Assembly (NCBI GenBank): GCA_028826165.1
Contig: JAPDFW010000092.1
Location: forward strand, 496,001-560,000
Reading direction: 5' to 3'
Origin: Anaeramoeba ignava BMAN
Lineage: Eukaryota > Protista > Anaeramoebae
DNA: 64,000 nucleotides
Both the position numbers and the translations under genes were made by a program. The notes below the pieces were generated by a model, which was not told where the DNA came from, did no database searches, and saw only the letters and a program-made list of their open reading frames with translations. Within the stretch, counting starts at the first letter, position 1; every line of letters starts with the position of its first letter. This document shows positions 12,367 to 24,915 of the stretch, in pieces.

Positions 12367-15300
12367 TTAGATATTATTGTTTTGAATAAAACCTTCTTTT
12401 TTCAATTGATTTTCTGTTACTATTGATCTGATTGCTTCCTATTAAATTTAATATTTTATATTTAATATTTAATATTTTATATTTAATATTTAATATTTTA
12501 TATTTAATATTTAATATTTTATATATAATATTTTATATTTAATATTTTATATTTTATATTTAATATTTAATATTTAATATTTAATATTTTATATTTTATA
12601 TTTAATATTTAATATTTAAATTTAATATTTAATATTTAATATTTAATATTTAATATTTATTATTTAATATTTAATATTTTATATTTTATATTTAATATTC
12701 ATTATTTAATATTTAATATTTAATATTTTATATTTAATATTTTATATTAATATTTAATATTTAATATATAATATTTAATATTTAATATTTAATATTTTAT
12801 ATTTATTTTATATTTAATATTTAATATTTAATATTTTATATTTAATATTTAATATTTAATATTTTATATTTACAAAAACTGTTTTCATATTGTCTGTATC
12901 AATTGCACACGCAAAATGAACAAAAATATGTCTTTTTGGATTCGATCCAATATTCAAGAATTTTTGTTTAAAATATTCTTTTGCTGCAACAATATCATCT
13001 TCTCCATCAAAATCAGGGAAATAATTCTTTAATGGTATCTTTTTGATTTTATCTTCAAATAAATCAATTTTATTAAACATCAAAATAACATTTGTTCCTT
13101 TAAAGAATTCATTGTTAACCATCTTCTTAAATAATGATAAAGATTCATGCATTCGATTAACAGTTACATCCTCAAATAATTTTTGATCATATTCACTAAT
13201 TGCAACAACATAAATCAAAACTGAAACATTATCAAATTGATGAATCCATTTCCTTCTTTCTGAACGTTGTCCTCCAACATCAACAACTCTGTAATAAAAG
13301 TTTAATTTTGTTTTTGATTTTATTTTTAATTTTAATTTTATTTTTGATTTTAAATTTTGATTTTATTTTTATTTTTAATTTTGATTTTAAAAATTCACCT
13401 CCAATTAAATTTATCTACTTCAAAATTGATAACATTAACTCCTGTTGTTGGAATTCTACAATTTAAAATATCTTGATTTGAAGGAGAATAATCAGGATCT
13501 GCAATTTTCGCTGTATTATTAAGATAGCTTTAAAATTGATTTAAAATTGATTTAATTTTGATTTAAAATTGATTTAAAATTGATTTAAAATTGATTTAAA
13601 ATTGATTTAATTTTAAATTATAAATTTACTAAGCTGCAAAATCAGCTAATTGAAATTTTGATCTAAATTCAAATGCACTTTTAAGACTTGGATCACTCCA
13701 TAATTTTATTATTGATCTCTTTTAAATCTGGTGTTAAATTTTTCAGTTGATTTAAAATTCGATTTTTTTTGATTTAATTTTGATTTATATTTATATTTAT
13801 ATTTATATTTATATTTATATTTATATTTATATTTATATTTATATTTATATTTATATTTATAATATTTATATTTATATTTTATTTTGATTTTATTTTATAT
13901 TTTTTTTTCAAATATTTTTAATATTTTATTTATTTTATATTTATAAATTTATATTTATATTTATATTTATGTTTTAAAATTCATGTTTATATTTAATGTT
14001 TTGAAAGTATTTTATAAATTCAATTTATATTTATATTTTAAGATTTTGGATTTCACTTTATAATTTTATATTTATATTTATGAATCTGTTTATGTATTTG
14101 GTGTTAAATTTTTCAGTTACAGGATGTTTATGTTTATGTTTATTTTTATGTTTATTTTATGTTTTATATTTATATTTATATTTATATTTATATTTATATT
14201 TATATTTGTAATTTATTTTATATTTATATTTATATTTATATTTATATTTATATTTATATTTATGTTTATATTTATATTTATATTTATATTTATATTTATT
14301 TATATTTATATTTATGTTTTATATTTAGTATTTATGTTTTTATATTTATGTTTATTTATATGTTTTATTTATTTATATTTATTTTATGTTTATGTTTACA
14401 CTGCCATTTATATTTATATTTATATGTTTATATATTTATATTTATATTTTTATATTTTTTATTTATTTATATTTATATTTTATTTATATTTATATTTATA
14501 TTTTATTTATATTTATATTTATATTTATATTTATATTTATATTTTATTTTATATTTATATTTATATTTATATTTATATTTATATTTATATTTATATTTTA
14601 TTTATATTTATATTTATATTTATATTTATATTTTATATTTTATTTATATTTATATTTATATTTATATTCATATTTAAATATTTATATTTATATTTATATT
14701 TATATTCATCTTTAAATAATTATATTTATGTTTATATTTATATTTATGTTTATATTTATATTTATATTTATATTTATATTTTGATTCATATTTATATTTA
14801 TATTTATATTTATATTCATCTTTAAATAATTATATTTATATTTGTATTTATATTCGAATTTAAAATTACTTGATTTTCTTTAAGTAAATCAAGCTGTAAA
14901 TCATTTGCTGCTTTAATAAGAGTTAATATATAACCAATAACATTTGCTCGAATCGCTCTTTTATACTTTTGAATTTCTTTAGGAGAAATTCCACCTTGAT
15001 AAAGAATAGACATTTGTTTTAAAAGGGTTGTTTTTCCTGAATCTCCAGCACCTTTTTTTTAGTTTTAAATTTATTAATTTTTGTTTAAATTCATTAATTT
15101 TGTTAAATATAATTTTTTTTTTGTGGAATTTTTTTTTATTGAAAAAAAAATTTTTTTTGTTGAAATTTTTTTTTTAATTAAAATTAAAATTAAAATTAAA
15201 TTAAATTGGATTGTATTAAATTAAATTTAATAGTTATTTTTCTTTTATTAGTTTAAGTTGTAAATTAAGTTATTATTTGAACTTTTCAATTTTGATTTTT

Positions 15301-15889
15301 ATTTCAAATTTTTTTTTTTTTTTGATCGAATTATTTTTGATTGAATTTTTAAGTTAAATTTTTTAAATGGATTATGTAATTAGATTTTAAAATTAATTTT
15401 ATGTGTGTTTTTCTTTATCTTTTAATTCGTTATTTTTTATATTTTTTTTTATTATTTTTTTTTATAATAGATTATTATCATTATTTTTTATTTATATTTC
15501 TTTATTTTTTATATTAAATTAATTCTAAATTACAATTTATGAATTCAATTTATGTTTTTTTTTAATTTTATCTTTATTATTTTTTGATTGATTTTTTTAG
15601 TTTTCTTTTTCTTTTTAATTTTATTTAAAAAAGTCATTTTATTTTAATAATATTTTTTTTTTTTGATCTTAAATTAATAAAGTGATCAAAATTAAAAGAA
15701 AATTTCTATTTTATTTTATTATTAATTTTTTTTTATTGATAAAAACGAGATAAAATTCAAACCTAAAACTAAAATTTTTATTTCTTTTGATTGAGCATCT
15801 TCTTCTGTACGCATAAACTGTTCAATCTGTTTATTTCTTTGATTTTCTTTACTTTCTTTATTTTTCTTTTTAGATAATCGAATTCCCAT
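12367..15889 (-). CDS. Heterotrimeric G protein alpha subunit; ~6 exons
   Basis: MG start; [15 protein letters not shown] (G1), RIPTTG (G2), [12 protein letters not shown] (G3), FNKID (G4), CAIDT (G5). Exon at ~13630-13760 has small indels and an unclear 5' boundary. Confidence 0.95.
12450..12870 (-). repeat. Intronic (TATTTAA)n-type repeat in G-alpha last intron
   Basis: Direct reading. Confidence 0.9.
13780..14860 (-). repeat. Intronic (ATATTT)n microsatellite in G-alpha intron 2
   Basis: Direct reading; source of the spurious [12 protein letters not shown] ORFs. Confidence 0.92.
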
Positions 15890-16206
15890 TTTTTTAAAAA
15901 AAAAATAATTAAAAAAATGAAAAGAAAAAATGAAAAATATTTTTTGTTCTTTTTTTTTTCACTTTTTAAAAAATTGAGAATTTATTTTTAGAACCAATTT
16001 AAAATTTCAATTCAAATACAAATTAAAATTCCAATTAAATTTAAAATTAAAATTCAAATTAAAATTAAAATTAAATTAAAATTAAAATTAAATTTCAATT
16101 AAAATTCCAAATTAAAATTAAAATATAAATTAATTCCAAAATAAAATAAAAATAAAATAATCCAAATTTTAAAATAATTCAAATTAAAAAGTTTTATTAA
16201 ATTTGT

Positions 16207-19200
16207 TCATTTTTCATCTGTGTTTGAAATTGAAGTATATTTGTTATCAAAAACAATAAATGGTGTTGATGATCTTTTTAGATATTTAATAGAAAATGAA
16301 TTTGGATTATCTAATATTTTCTTTGCTTTTGCTGGTTTTAAAAAATCTGCAATCCAAAGTAACATTCTTGATTGAGTTGGTTTAAAATCTTTTTGATAAT
16401 CTCTGAAAACTCTTGGTAAAAGAACCTAAAAAATTTAAAATAAAAATAAAATTAAAATAAAAATCAAAATTAAAATTTAAATTAAAATTAAAATCAAAAT
16501 TTAAAATTAAAATTAAAATTAAAATTAAAATTATTTACTCTTTTTTTCTTAACATAAATCTTCACATTTTGATTCAGAAATAATGATGTTGAATGTGCTA
16601 ATTCTTGATAAAATGAATCTAAATAAAAAACTCTAAGAGGAACTTGATTAGAATCAAAATTAATAAGCAAGAAATGAATTCTTGGATCAAAAGAAGAAAG
16701 TGTATATTTTGAACGTTTATCATTTCCTTTAAAATATTTGTTTCCTAATCTTGATGGTTTATCTTTGTTTTCTCTAAGAACACCATTTCGGATATCATCC
16801 AAAGAATAAACACAATTATCAATAATATATTGTGAATTTTTATGAAATTTTTTAAGTTCTCCACGAGAAATTGAAATCCCTCTAATAATTATTGAGTGAA
16901 TTGCTAAAATATTATAAATATTCATAAAAAATGTGAACAACTGACTGTGGTTTAATCCTTTTAATTTAATCTATTTATATTTTTATATTTTTTAAATATT
17001 TAATTTTTAAATATTTAATTTTTTAAATATTTGATTTTTAAATATTTAATTTTTAAATATTTGATTTTTAAATATTTGATTTTTAAATATTTGATTTTTA
17101 AATATTTGATTTTTTAAATATTTGGTTTTTAAGTATTTGATTTTTTAAATATTTGATTTTTAAATATTTGATTTTTTAAATATTTGATTTTTAAATATTT
17201 GATTTTTAAATATTTGATTTTTAAATATTTAATTTTTTAAAAATTTAATTTTTAAATATTTAATTTTTTTTTTGGAAATTTACTTTCTGTAATTTTGTTG
17301 TTTGTTGAACAAATCTACGAAATGGAATTGAACGAGATATTAATTGACAATTGATATCAGAAGTTGTGAATGAAAAATGTGAATTAAGTAAATCAATTAG
17401 GATTTCAAGAAGCTTTTTGAGATAATTGAACAGGATTTGAACGTTTTTCTGATTGAGTCGATGAATAATTTAAAATGGAAGTATTTGAATAATTTGAAAC
17501 CAACGAAGCCTAAATAGATTTAAAATTAAAATTAAAATTAAAATTTGAATTAAAATTAAAATTAAAATTTGAATTAAAATTTGAATTAAAATTAAAATTA
17601 AAATTTGAAATTTTAACTGTTTTAATAGAAGAAAAAATATTATAAGTTCCTCCAGCTGATAATTTTTCAATCAATTCCTTGTAAAGCGGTGATTGTTTAA
17701 ATGGTTCAAATGAATTATGTTCCATTAAAGTAAAAATTATATTTTGAGCCTGAATTTTTTTTTAAAAAATCAATTAATTTTAAGTTAAAAATATTTTTTC
17801 TTTTTTGGAAAATAAAATATTTTGTCATAATAACAAGTACTTTATCAAACATATTCAAATTAAATTCTTGTCTTTCAACCATTTCTATAATTTCCATCCT
17901 ACTTCTAAAATCAATATTGATTTCAAATATTGCTTCTGTTTTGACATATTTTTCAAATATTGCATTTGCTGTGCGTGAAATTGCTTTTGGATTTTTGAGG
18001 TTTTTAAAATCATTCACATCAAGATAGAACATGATGTTTTCTTGAGTCAATTGTTGGCATAAAAACTCTTTGAAATAATCAATTGCTTGAGGTAATTTAA
18101 ATATTTCTTCTATTGTTTCTATTTCAGATTTCTATATAATAAAATAAAAAGGGAATTAATTTATATTTTTAATAATTTTTTTTGATTTTTTTAAATTGTA
18201 TAAACATTTAGTTGTTTTTCTATTAAATTGATGGTTATTCCTGATATTTGTTGTTGTTCTTTTTGTTCTTTTTCTATATTTTGATTTAAATTTAAATTGT
18301 CTTGATTTGAATTGGAATGTGAATGTGAATTTGAATGTTGATTTTCTTGGTTTGAATTTTGAATTTGTTCTTCTTGAGTATTTTTAATTTCATTTTCAAT
18401 TTGAGATTGATCTGAATTTGTTTTTGTTGAATCTAATTCATGTAGAAATGCCATTCTAAGATCTTCATCTTCTTGATTTCTAAATTGGTTTGATTTTAAA
18501 TTTGTTGATGTACTATGACTACTATATTTTCTATGTTTTCTTGGTCCATCAAGAAGACTAGGATCGAAATCCTATAAATTTATTTATAATTTTATTTATA
18601 ATTTTGTTTATAATTTTATTTATAAATTTTATTTATAATTTTGTTTATAATTTTGTTTATAATTTTATTTATAATTTTATTTATAATTTTATTTATAAAT
18701 TTGTTTATAATTTTATTTATAATTTTATTTATAATTTTATTTATAATTTTATTTATAATTTTATTTATAATTTTATTTATAATTTTATTTATAATTTTAT
18801 TTATAATTTTATTTATAATTTTATTTATAATTTTATTTATAATTTTATTTATAATTTTTTATTTATAATTTTATTTATAATTTTATTTATAATTTTATTT
18901 ATAATTTTATTTATAATTTTATTTATAATTTTATTTATAATTTTATTTATAATTTTTATTTATAATTTTATTTTATAATTTTATTTATAATTTTATTTAT
19001 AATTTTATTTATAATTTAATTTATAATTTTGTTTATAATTTTGTTTATAATTTTATTTATAATTTTGTTTATAATTTTATTTATAATTTTATTTTATAAT
19101 TTTGTTTATAATTTTGTTTATAATTTTATTTATAATTTTATTTATAAATTTATTTATTTTATAATTTTGTTTATAATTTTTTTATTTTATTTATAATTTT

Positions 19201-21688
19201 ATTTATAATTTTGTTTTATAATTTTTTTTATAATTTTGTTTATAATTTTGTTTTATAATTTTGTTTTATAATTTTATTTATAATTTTGTTTTATAATTTT
19301 ATTTATATTTTTATTTATAAATTTTATTTTATAATTTTATTTATAATTTTTTTAAATTTTATAATTTTATTTATAATTTTATTTATAAATTTATTTATAA
19401 TTTTATTTATAATTTTATTTATAATTTTATTTATAATTTTATTTATATTTTTATTTATAATTTTATTTATAATTTAATTTATAATTTTATTTATAATTTT
19501 ATTTATAATTTTATTTTATAATTTTATTTATAATTTTATTTATAAATTTTATTTTATAATTTTATTTTATAATTTTTATTTATAATTTTGTTTATATTTT
19601 TTTTTTTATTTTTTTTTATAATTTTATTTATAAATTTTATTTATAATTTTATTTATAATTTTGTTTATAATTTTATTTATAATTTTGTTTATAATTTTAT
19701 TTATAATTTTATTTATAATTTTTATTTATAAATTTGTTTATAATTTTATTTATAATTTAATTTTTTTTATTTTTATTTATATTTTATTTTATATTTTTAT
19801 TTATAATTTTATTTATAATTTTATTTATAATTTTATTTTAATTTTAATTTATAATTTTATTTATAATTTTATTTTATAATTTTGTTTTATAATTTTGTTT
19901 TATAAATTTGTTTATTTTTATTTATAATTTTATTTATAATTTTATTTATAATTTTATTTTTAATTTAATTTTTAAATTTATTTATAATTTTATTTATAAT
20001 TTTATTTATAATTTTAATTTATAAATTTTATTTATAAATTTAATTTATAATTTTATTTATAATTTTATTTATAATTTAATTTATAATTTTATTTATAATT
20101 TTATTTATAATTTTATTTATAATTTTTATTTATAATTTTATTTATAATTTTTATTTATAATTTTATTTATAATTTTATTTTATAATTTTAATTTATTTTT
20201 ATTTTATAATTTTATTTATAATTTTATTTTATAATTTTATTTATAATTTTGTTTATAATTTTTATAATTTTATTTATAATTTTGTTTATAATTCAATTTT
20301 AATTTTATTTATAATTTTATTTATAATTTTATTTATAATTTTATTTATAATTTGTTTATATTTTGTTTATAATTTTATTTATAATTTTATTTTTTTATAA
20401 TTTATTTATAAATTTATTTATAAATTTATTTATAATTTTATTTATAATTTTGTTTTATAATTTAATTTATAATTTTATTTTTAATTTTATTTTTAATTTT
20501 GTTTATAATTTTGTTTATAAATTTGTTTATAAATTTATTTTTAAAATTTGTTTATAATTTTATTTTAAAATTATTTATAATTTTATTTATAATTTTATTT
20601 ATAATTTTATTTTTAAAATTGTTTATAATTTTATTTATATTTTGTTTATAATTTTATTTATAAATTTATTTATAAATTTGTTTATAATTTTATTTATAAT
20701 TATTTTTAAATTTGTTTATAAATTTGTTTATAATTTTGTTTACAAATTTGTTTATAAATTTATTTTTAAATTTTGAAATTTTGAAATTGTTTAGAAAACT
20801 TACTTCAGGATCCGAAAAATCAGATAAATCATTCTCTGTAACTGTATAAAGACTCTCAGAACGCTCATCAGTCATTGAAATATCAGTTGCCAACAACAAT
20901 TTAATCTCCTCAATTTCTTTACGCAATTTATTGTTTAAATGAATATGCTTTTTAAGCTCCATTAACTTCTTTTCAAATTGTTCTCCACGATTTAAAGATT
21001 CCTTTTCTTGCAATAATTTATGCTTATTAGTAGTAAGTTTTGTATGTTCCTCTTCACAAGTCTCAATTTCATTCTTCAAACCTTCAAGCTCTTGATCTTT
21101 GGGATCTTTTGAAATTTCTTGACCTTTTAAATCTTCATTCATTTTTAGAATTTCTTGGATTTGATTGTCAATATCTTGAATTTGATTTCTTAATTGATTA
21201 TTGAAATTTATTTTTTCTTTCAACACTTTTTTTTCTTCATCCAGTTTTTGCTGAAGATTTTCCTTCAAATCTTGTTTGACTAGCTTTATCTTTTCAGTCT
21301 CTAATTTGGAAATTTTTTTTTCAAGTCGCTCAATTTTATCACAATTATTTTGAATTTTTTGTTCAATTGTTTCTTGATTTATATTTGATTCCATTTTATT
21401 TCTTATATTGATATTGCTTTCATTATTGCTATTATTATTGCTTTTTTTTTCTTCACTTTTTTCTTGATATTGTTTGTCTAGTTCCGTTATTTGTGATTGA
21501 ATTTGTGTTAATTCTCCTCTTAATTTGTTATTTTCTGATATTTTTTCTTTTAACATTTCTTGTGCTTTTTCAATTTTTTTTTCTAAGTTCTTTTTCTTCT
21601 CAATTGATTTCATATCCCGAATTTCTTGTTGTAATTTTTCTTGTTTTTCTTTTAAACGAGTAATTTCTTTATGAATTGGTGTAGTCAT
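16207..21688 (-). CDS. Coiled-coil - RGS - DUF547 domain protein; ~7 exons
   Basis: Exon 1 is a long K/E/Q heptad coiled coil; RGS motif (IDYFKEFLCQQLTQENIMFYLDV...IFEKYVKTEAIFEINID...MFDKAQNIILTLMEHNSFEPFKQSPLY); DUF547 motif (FFMNIYN...YSLDDIRNGVLR...DPRIHF...LPRVFRDYQKDF). One +1 indel in an A-run near 17415. Confidence 0.85.
18575..20780 (-). repeat. 2.2-kb intron of ~12-bp repeat (TTATAATTTTAT on +; ATAAAATTATAA sense)
   Basis: Direct reading; bounded by GT at 20803 and AG at 18572 on the minus strand. Confidence 0.95.
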
Positions 21689-21969
21689 TTTTAAATAGAA
21701 ATAAAAAAAAAGAAAAAAAAAATGAAATTAAAAAATTAAAAAATTAAAAACAAAAAAACAAAAAAATTAAACAAAAAATAAACAATAAAATTCTCAAAAG
21801 ATCATTTTAAAATTTTTTTAATGTAAAAAAAAAAATAAAAGAAAATATTAACGTAAAAAAAAAAAAATATTTGTTTGCTTTTTGTTTGTTCAACTTCTTT
21901 GAATTTTTGGATTTGATTTAAAAAAGGATTTTAAAATGAAAAAATTCCAAAAAATAAAATTGAATAAAA

Positions 21970-23860
21970 TTAATTGTTGGATTTTTCTCTTTTATATTCA
22001 ACAAATTCATCAATTAAAACAGGCCAAGCTGCTGTTTCATCATAATCTTCTAAATTAGGTTTAACAGTTTTAGAAAAATCATAAAGTAATTCCCATGTAT
22101 CAAAAGTAATTGGAGATTGTCCTTTTTTCTCATTCTTTAAAAAGTTTAAAAAAAAGAAAAGGATTAAAAATTCATTTTAAAAAATTTTTTTTCATTTTAA
22201 ATTTTTACTTCCAAAAAATCTATCCAATCATTTAATAAAGTAAATTTATCTTTCATTAATAATTTCCATAATATAATTGCAATTTCAGATCCTATTTTAA
22301 TTTTAATTTTAATTTTAATTTTAATTTTAATTTTAATTTTAATTTTAATTTTAATTTTAATTTTAATTTTAATTTTAATTTTAATTTTAATTTTAATTTT
22401 AATTTTAATTTTAATTTTAATTTTAATTTTAATTTTAATTTTAATTTTGGATTTCTTAACTAATTGTTTTATGATCAGGACTATCTTTAGAGAAATGAAA
22501 AACGAATTTATAAAAATTAAGAAATTCAGATTCTACTTTGATTTTTCTTTGAAATTCTGGAATTTGTGCTTTCATTCTTTCAATTGTATCACATCTAAAA
22601 TAAATAAAAACAAATTAAAATTTTATTTTAAATTTTATTTTAAATTAAAATTTACTGATATTTCCACCATCCATTAACAAATTCTTCATGAGAATATTCT
22701 CCCATAATTTTTGAATTTAAAAAATAAGAAACAATTAAAGATAAAACATCCATTGGATCTATATCCATATCTTGTAAATATTGTTCAACACCTGCCATTA
22801 AAATTCTATTTGTTGCCTTATCTATATTATAATTTTAATTTATAAATGAATTTTAATTTATAAATGAATTTTAATTTATATTTTAATTTTAATTTAAATA
22901 ACTTTAATTTATAAATGAATTTTAATTTTAATTTCAATTTATAAATAATTATAATTTTAATGAATTTTAATTTATAAATGAATTTTAATTTATAAATGAA
23001 TTTTAATTTTAATTTATAAATGAATTTTAATTTATAAATGAATTTTAATTTTTAATATTTTAATTTTAAATGAATTTTTAATTTTAATTTTTAATTTTAA
23101 TTTTAATTTTAATTTTAATTTTAATTTTAATTTTAATTTTTAATTATAATTTTAATTTTGATTTTAATTTTAATTTTAATTTTAATTTTAATTTTAATTT
23201 TAATTTTAATTTATAAATGAATTTTAATTTATAAATGAATTTGAATTTATAAATGAATTTTAATTTATATTTTAATTTTAATTTTTTAATTTTAATTTAT
23301 AAATGAATTTTAATTTATAAATGAATTTTAATTTATAAATGAATTATAATTTTAATTTGGAATTAAAATGGGAATTAAAATTTTATTTACCTTTATATTG
23401 ACCAAATAATTTTTCAAGAGTTTGAAAGGATGGAGGTGATTGTTTTTTAGGTTTTTTTTCTGGTTCTTTAGGTTTTTGTTTTGTTTCATCTTGATCTATT
23501 GGTTTTTCTTCTGCTAAAGGAATTTCTTGAGTTGTCATACTTTCAAAATAAGAATCTAATGAATGTTCAAGATCCCAATTATTATTTCTTAACATTGTAA
23601 TTGCTTGATTTACACTAAAAATGTTTAATTATAGATAATTAAAAATTTAAATAAATTTAAAATTTAGATTGATTTTTTTTTTGTTATTTTAAAATTTTGA
23701 AATCTTTAAAACAAACCTAACACTTGCTAAAATAATAAATTGTCTCACTTGATCCCTTTGTTTTTGATCCAATTCATTCTAAAATTACAAAATAATTTTT
23801 AAATTAAATTAAATTAAATGAGAATAAAAGAAAAAAAAAAATAAAATAAAATCAAACCAT
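21970..23860 (-). CDS. DCN1: DCN1-like cullin neddylation E3 (UBA-like + PONY domain)
   Basis: ATG-only exon 1; QVRQFI...AITMLRNNNWDLEHSLDSYF (UBA-like); C-terminal DTWELLYDFSK...YDETAAWPVLIDEFVEY is diagnostic. One +1 indel near 22577. Confidence 0.92.
22830..23360 (-). repeat. Intronic repeat mixing (TTTTAA)n with TTTATAAATGAATTTTAA units
   Basis: Direct reading; a pure (TTTTAA)n run also fills the intron at ~22295-22447. Confidence 0.9.
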
Positions 23861-24075
23861 TTTATTAAATTTAAAAAAGAAATTAAAAGTAAATTAAAAG
23901 TAAATTTAAAATTAAAATAAAAAGAAAAAAATGAAAATTTTTTTTTTGTTTTTTTTTAAATAAAATTTAATTCGAAAAAAATAAAAAGAGAAAAAAAATA
24001 AAAAAAAGAGAAAAAGAATAAGAAAAAGAGTAAGAAAAAGAGTGAGAGTAAAAAATTTTAGAATAATTTTTTTAG

Positions 24076-24800
24076 CTTGGATTTGGTATTTAGCTAATGA
24101 TTTCCAATTTTTTGTTATTACTCCAATTTTCATTTTTCTTTTTATTTGGAAAAAAATATTTGGATGGATTTCAATTTTTATAATGATTTGTTTGGGTTGT
24201 GGAATGAATTTTTGGTTAACTCATAAATATAACATTAATTTTTATGTTTTGGATCCTTCATACAATGATTATATGAATCATATTTATGTTAAACCTTATA
24301 CAAGAGTATTACCTTATATTATTGGAATTGGATGTGCAATGATTTTAATTTCATTTTATGAAAAAAGAAAACAAAATCAAATTAATCAAAATTTAGATGA
24401 AAAAGATCGTTTAATTAATACAAAAGTTTATCTTAAAAAATCAAATTTAAAAACAATTTTATTTGGATATTTGATATTTATTATAATTTTTGTTATGTTG
24501 GTTATTGTTATTTTACTTCCATATAATAATTATAAAAATGAAGGAAAAAATTGGAATATTAATGGAAATGCAGCTTATATTGGATTATCTAAATTATTTT
24601 GGGGAATTGGAATAGGAGGAATTGTTATCATTTTCTATAATTATACAAATATTTTCCCATTAATTAGAAAATTTTTATCATTAGAATTATGGACACCATT
24701 TGCTAGATTAACTTATAATGCTTATTTAATGCATCCTATTATTATGCATTTAGTGAATTCAAGTACAAGAATTTTATTTAATTACAATGCAGTTCCAATT
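24076..24800 (+). pseudogene. Orphan, 3'-truncated copy of exon 4 of the NRF-6-like acyltransferase
   Basis: Near-identical to 27588-28310 and retains the TTTAG acceptor, but no upstream exons exist (DCN1 start is ~215 bp upstream on the other strand) and homology stops after NAVPI. Confidence 0.85.
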
Positions 24801-24915
24801 TCTTTTTTAAATTAATTTATTTATTTCAAATTAATTGAGAATTTTATTTTTTATTTTTATTTTAAAAAATTTTTTTTTCATTTCTTTCTTAATTCTTTTA
24901 AAGAAAAAAATTTAA

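Noticed and set aside
22295-22447. (TTTTAA)n and (AAAATC)n arrays as telomeric repeats
   Set aside because: Internal, intronic or intergenic, lacking G-rich telomere character, and units vary between loci.
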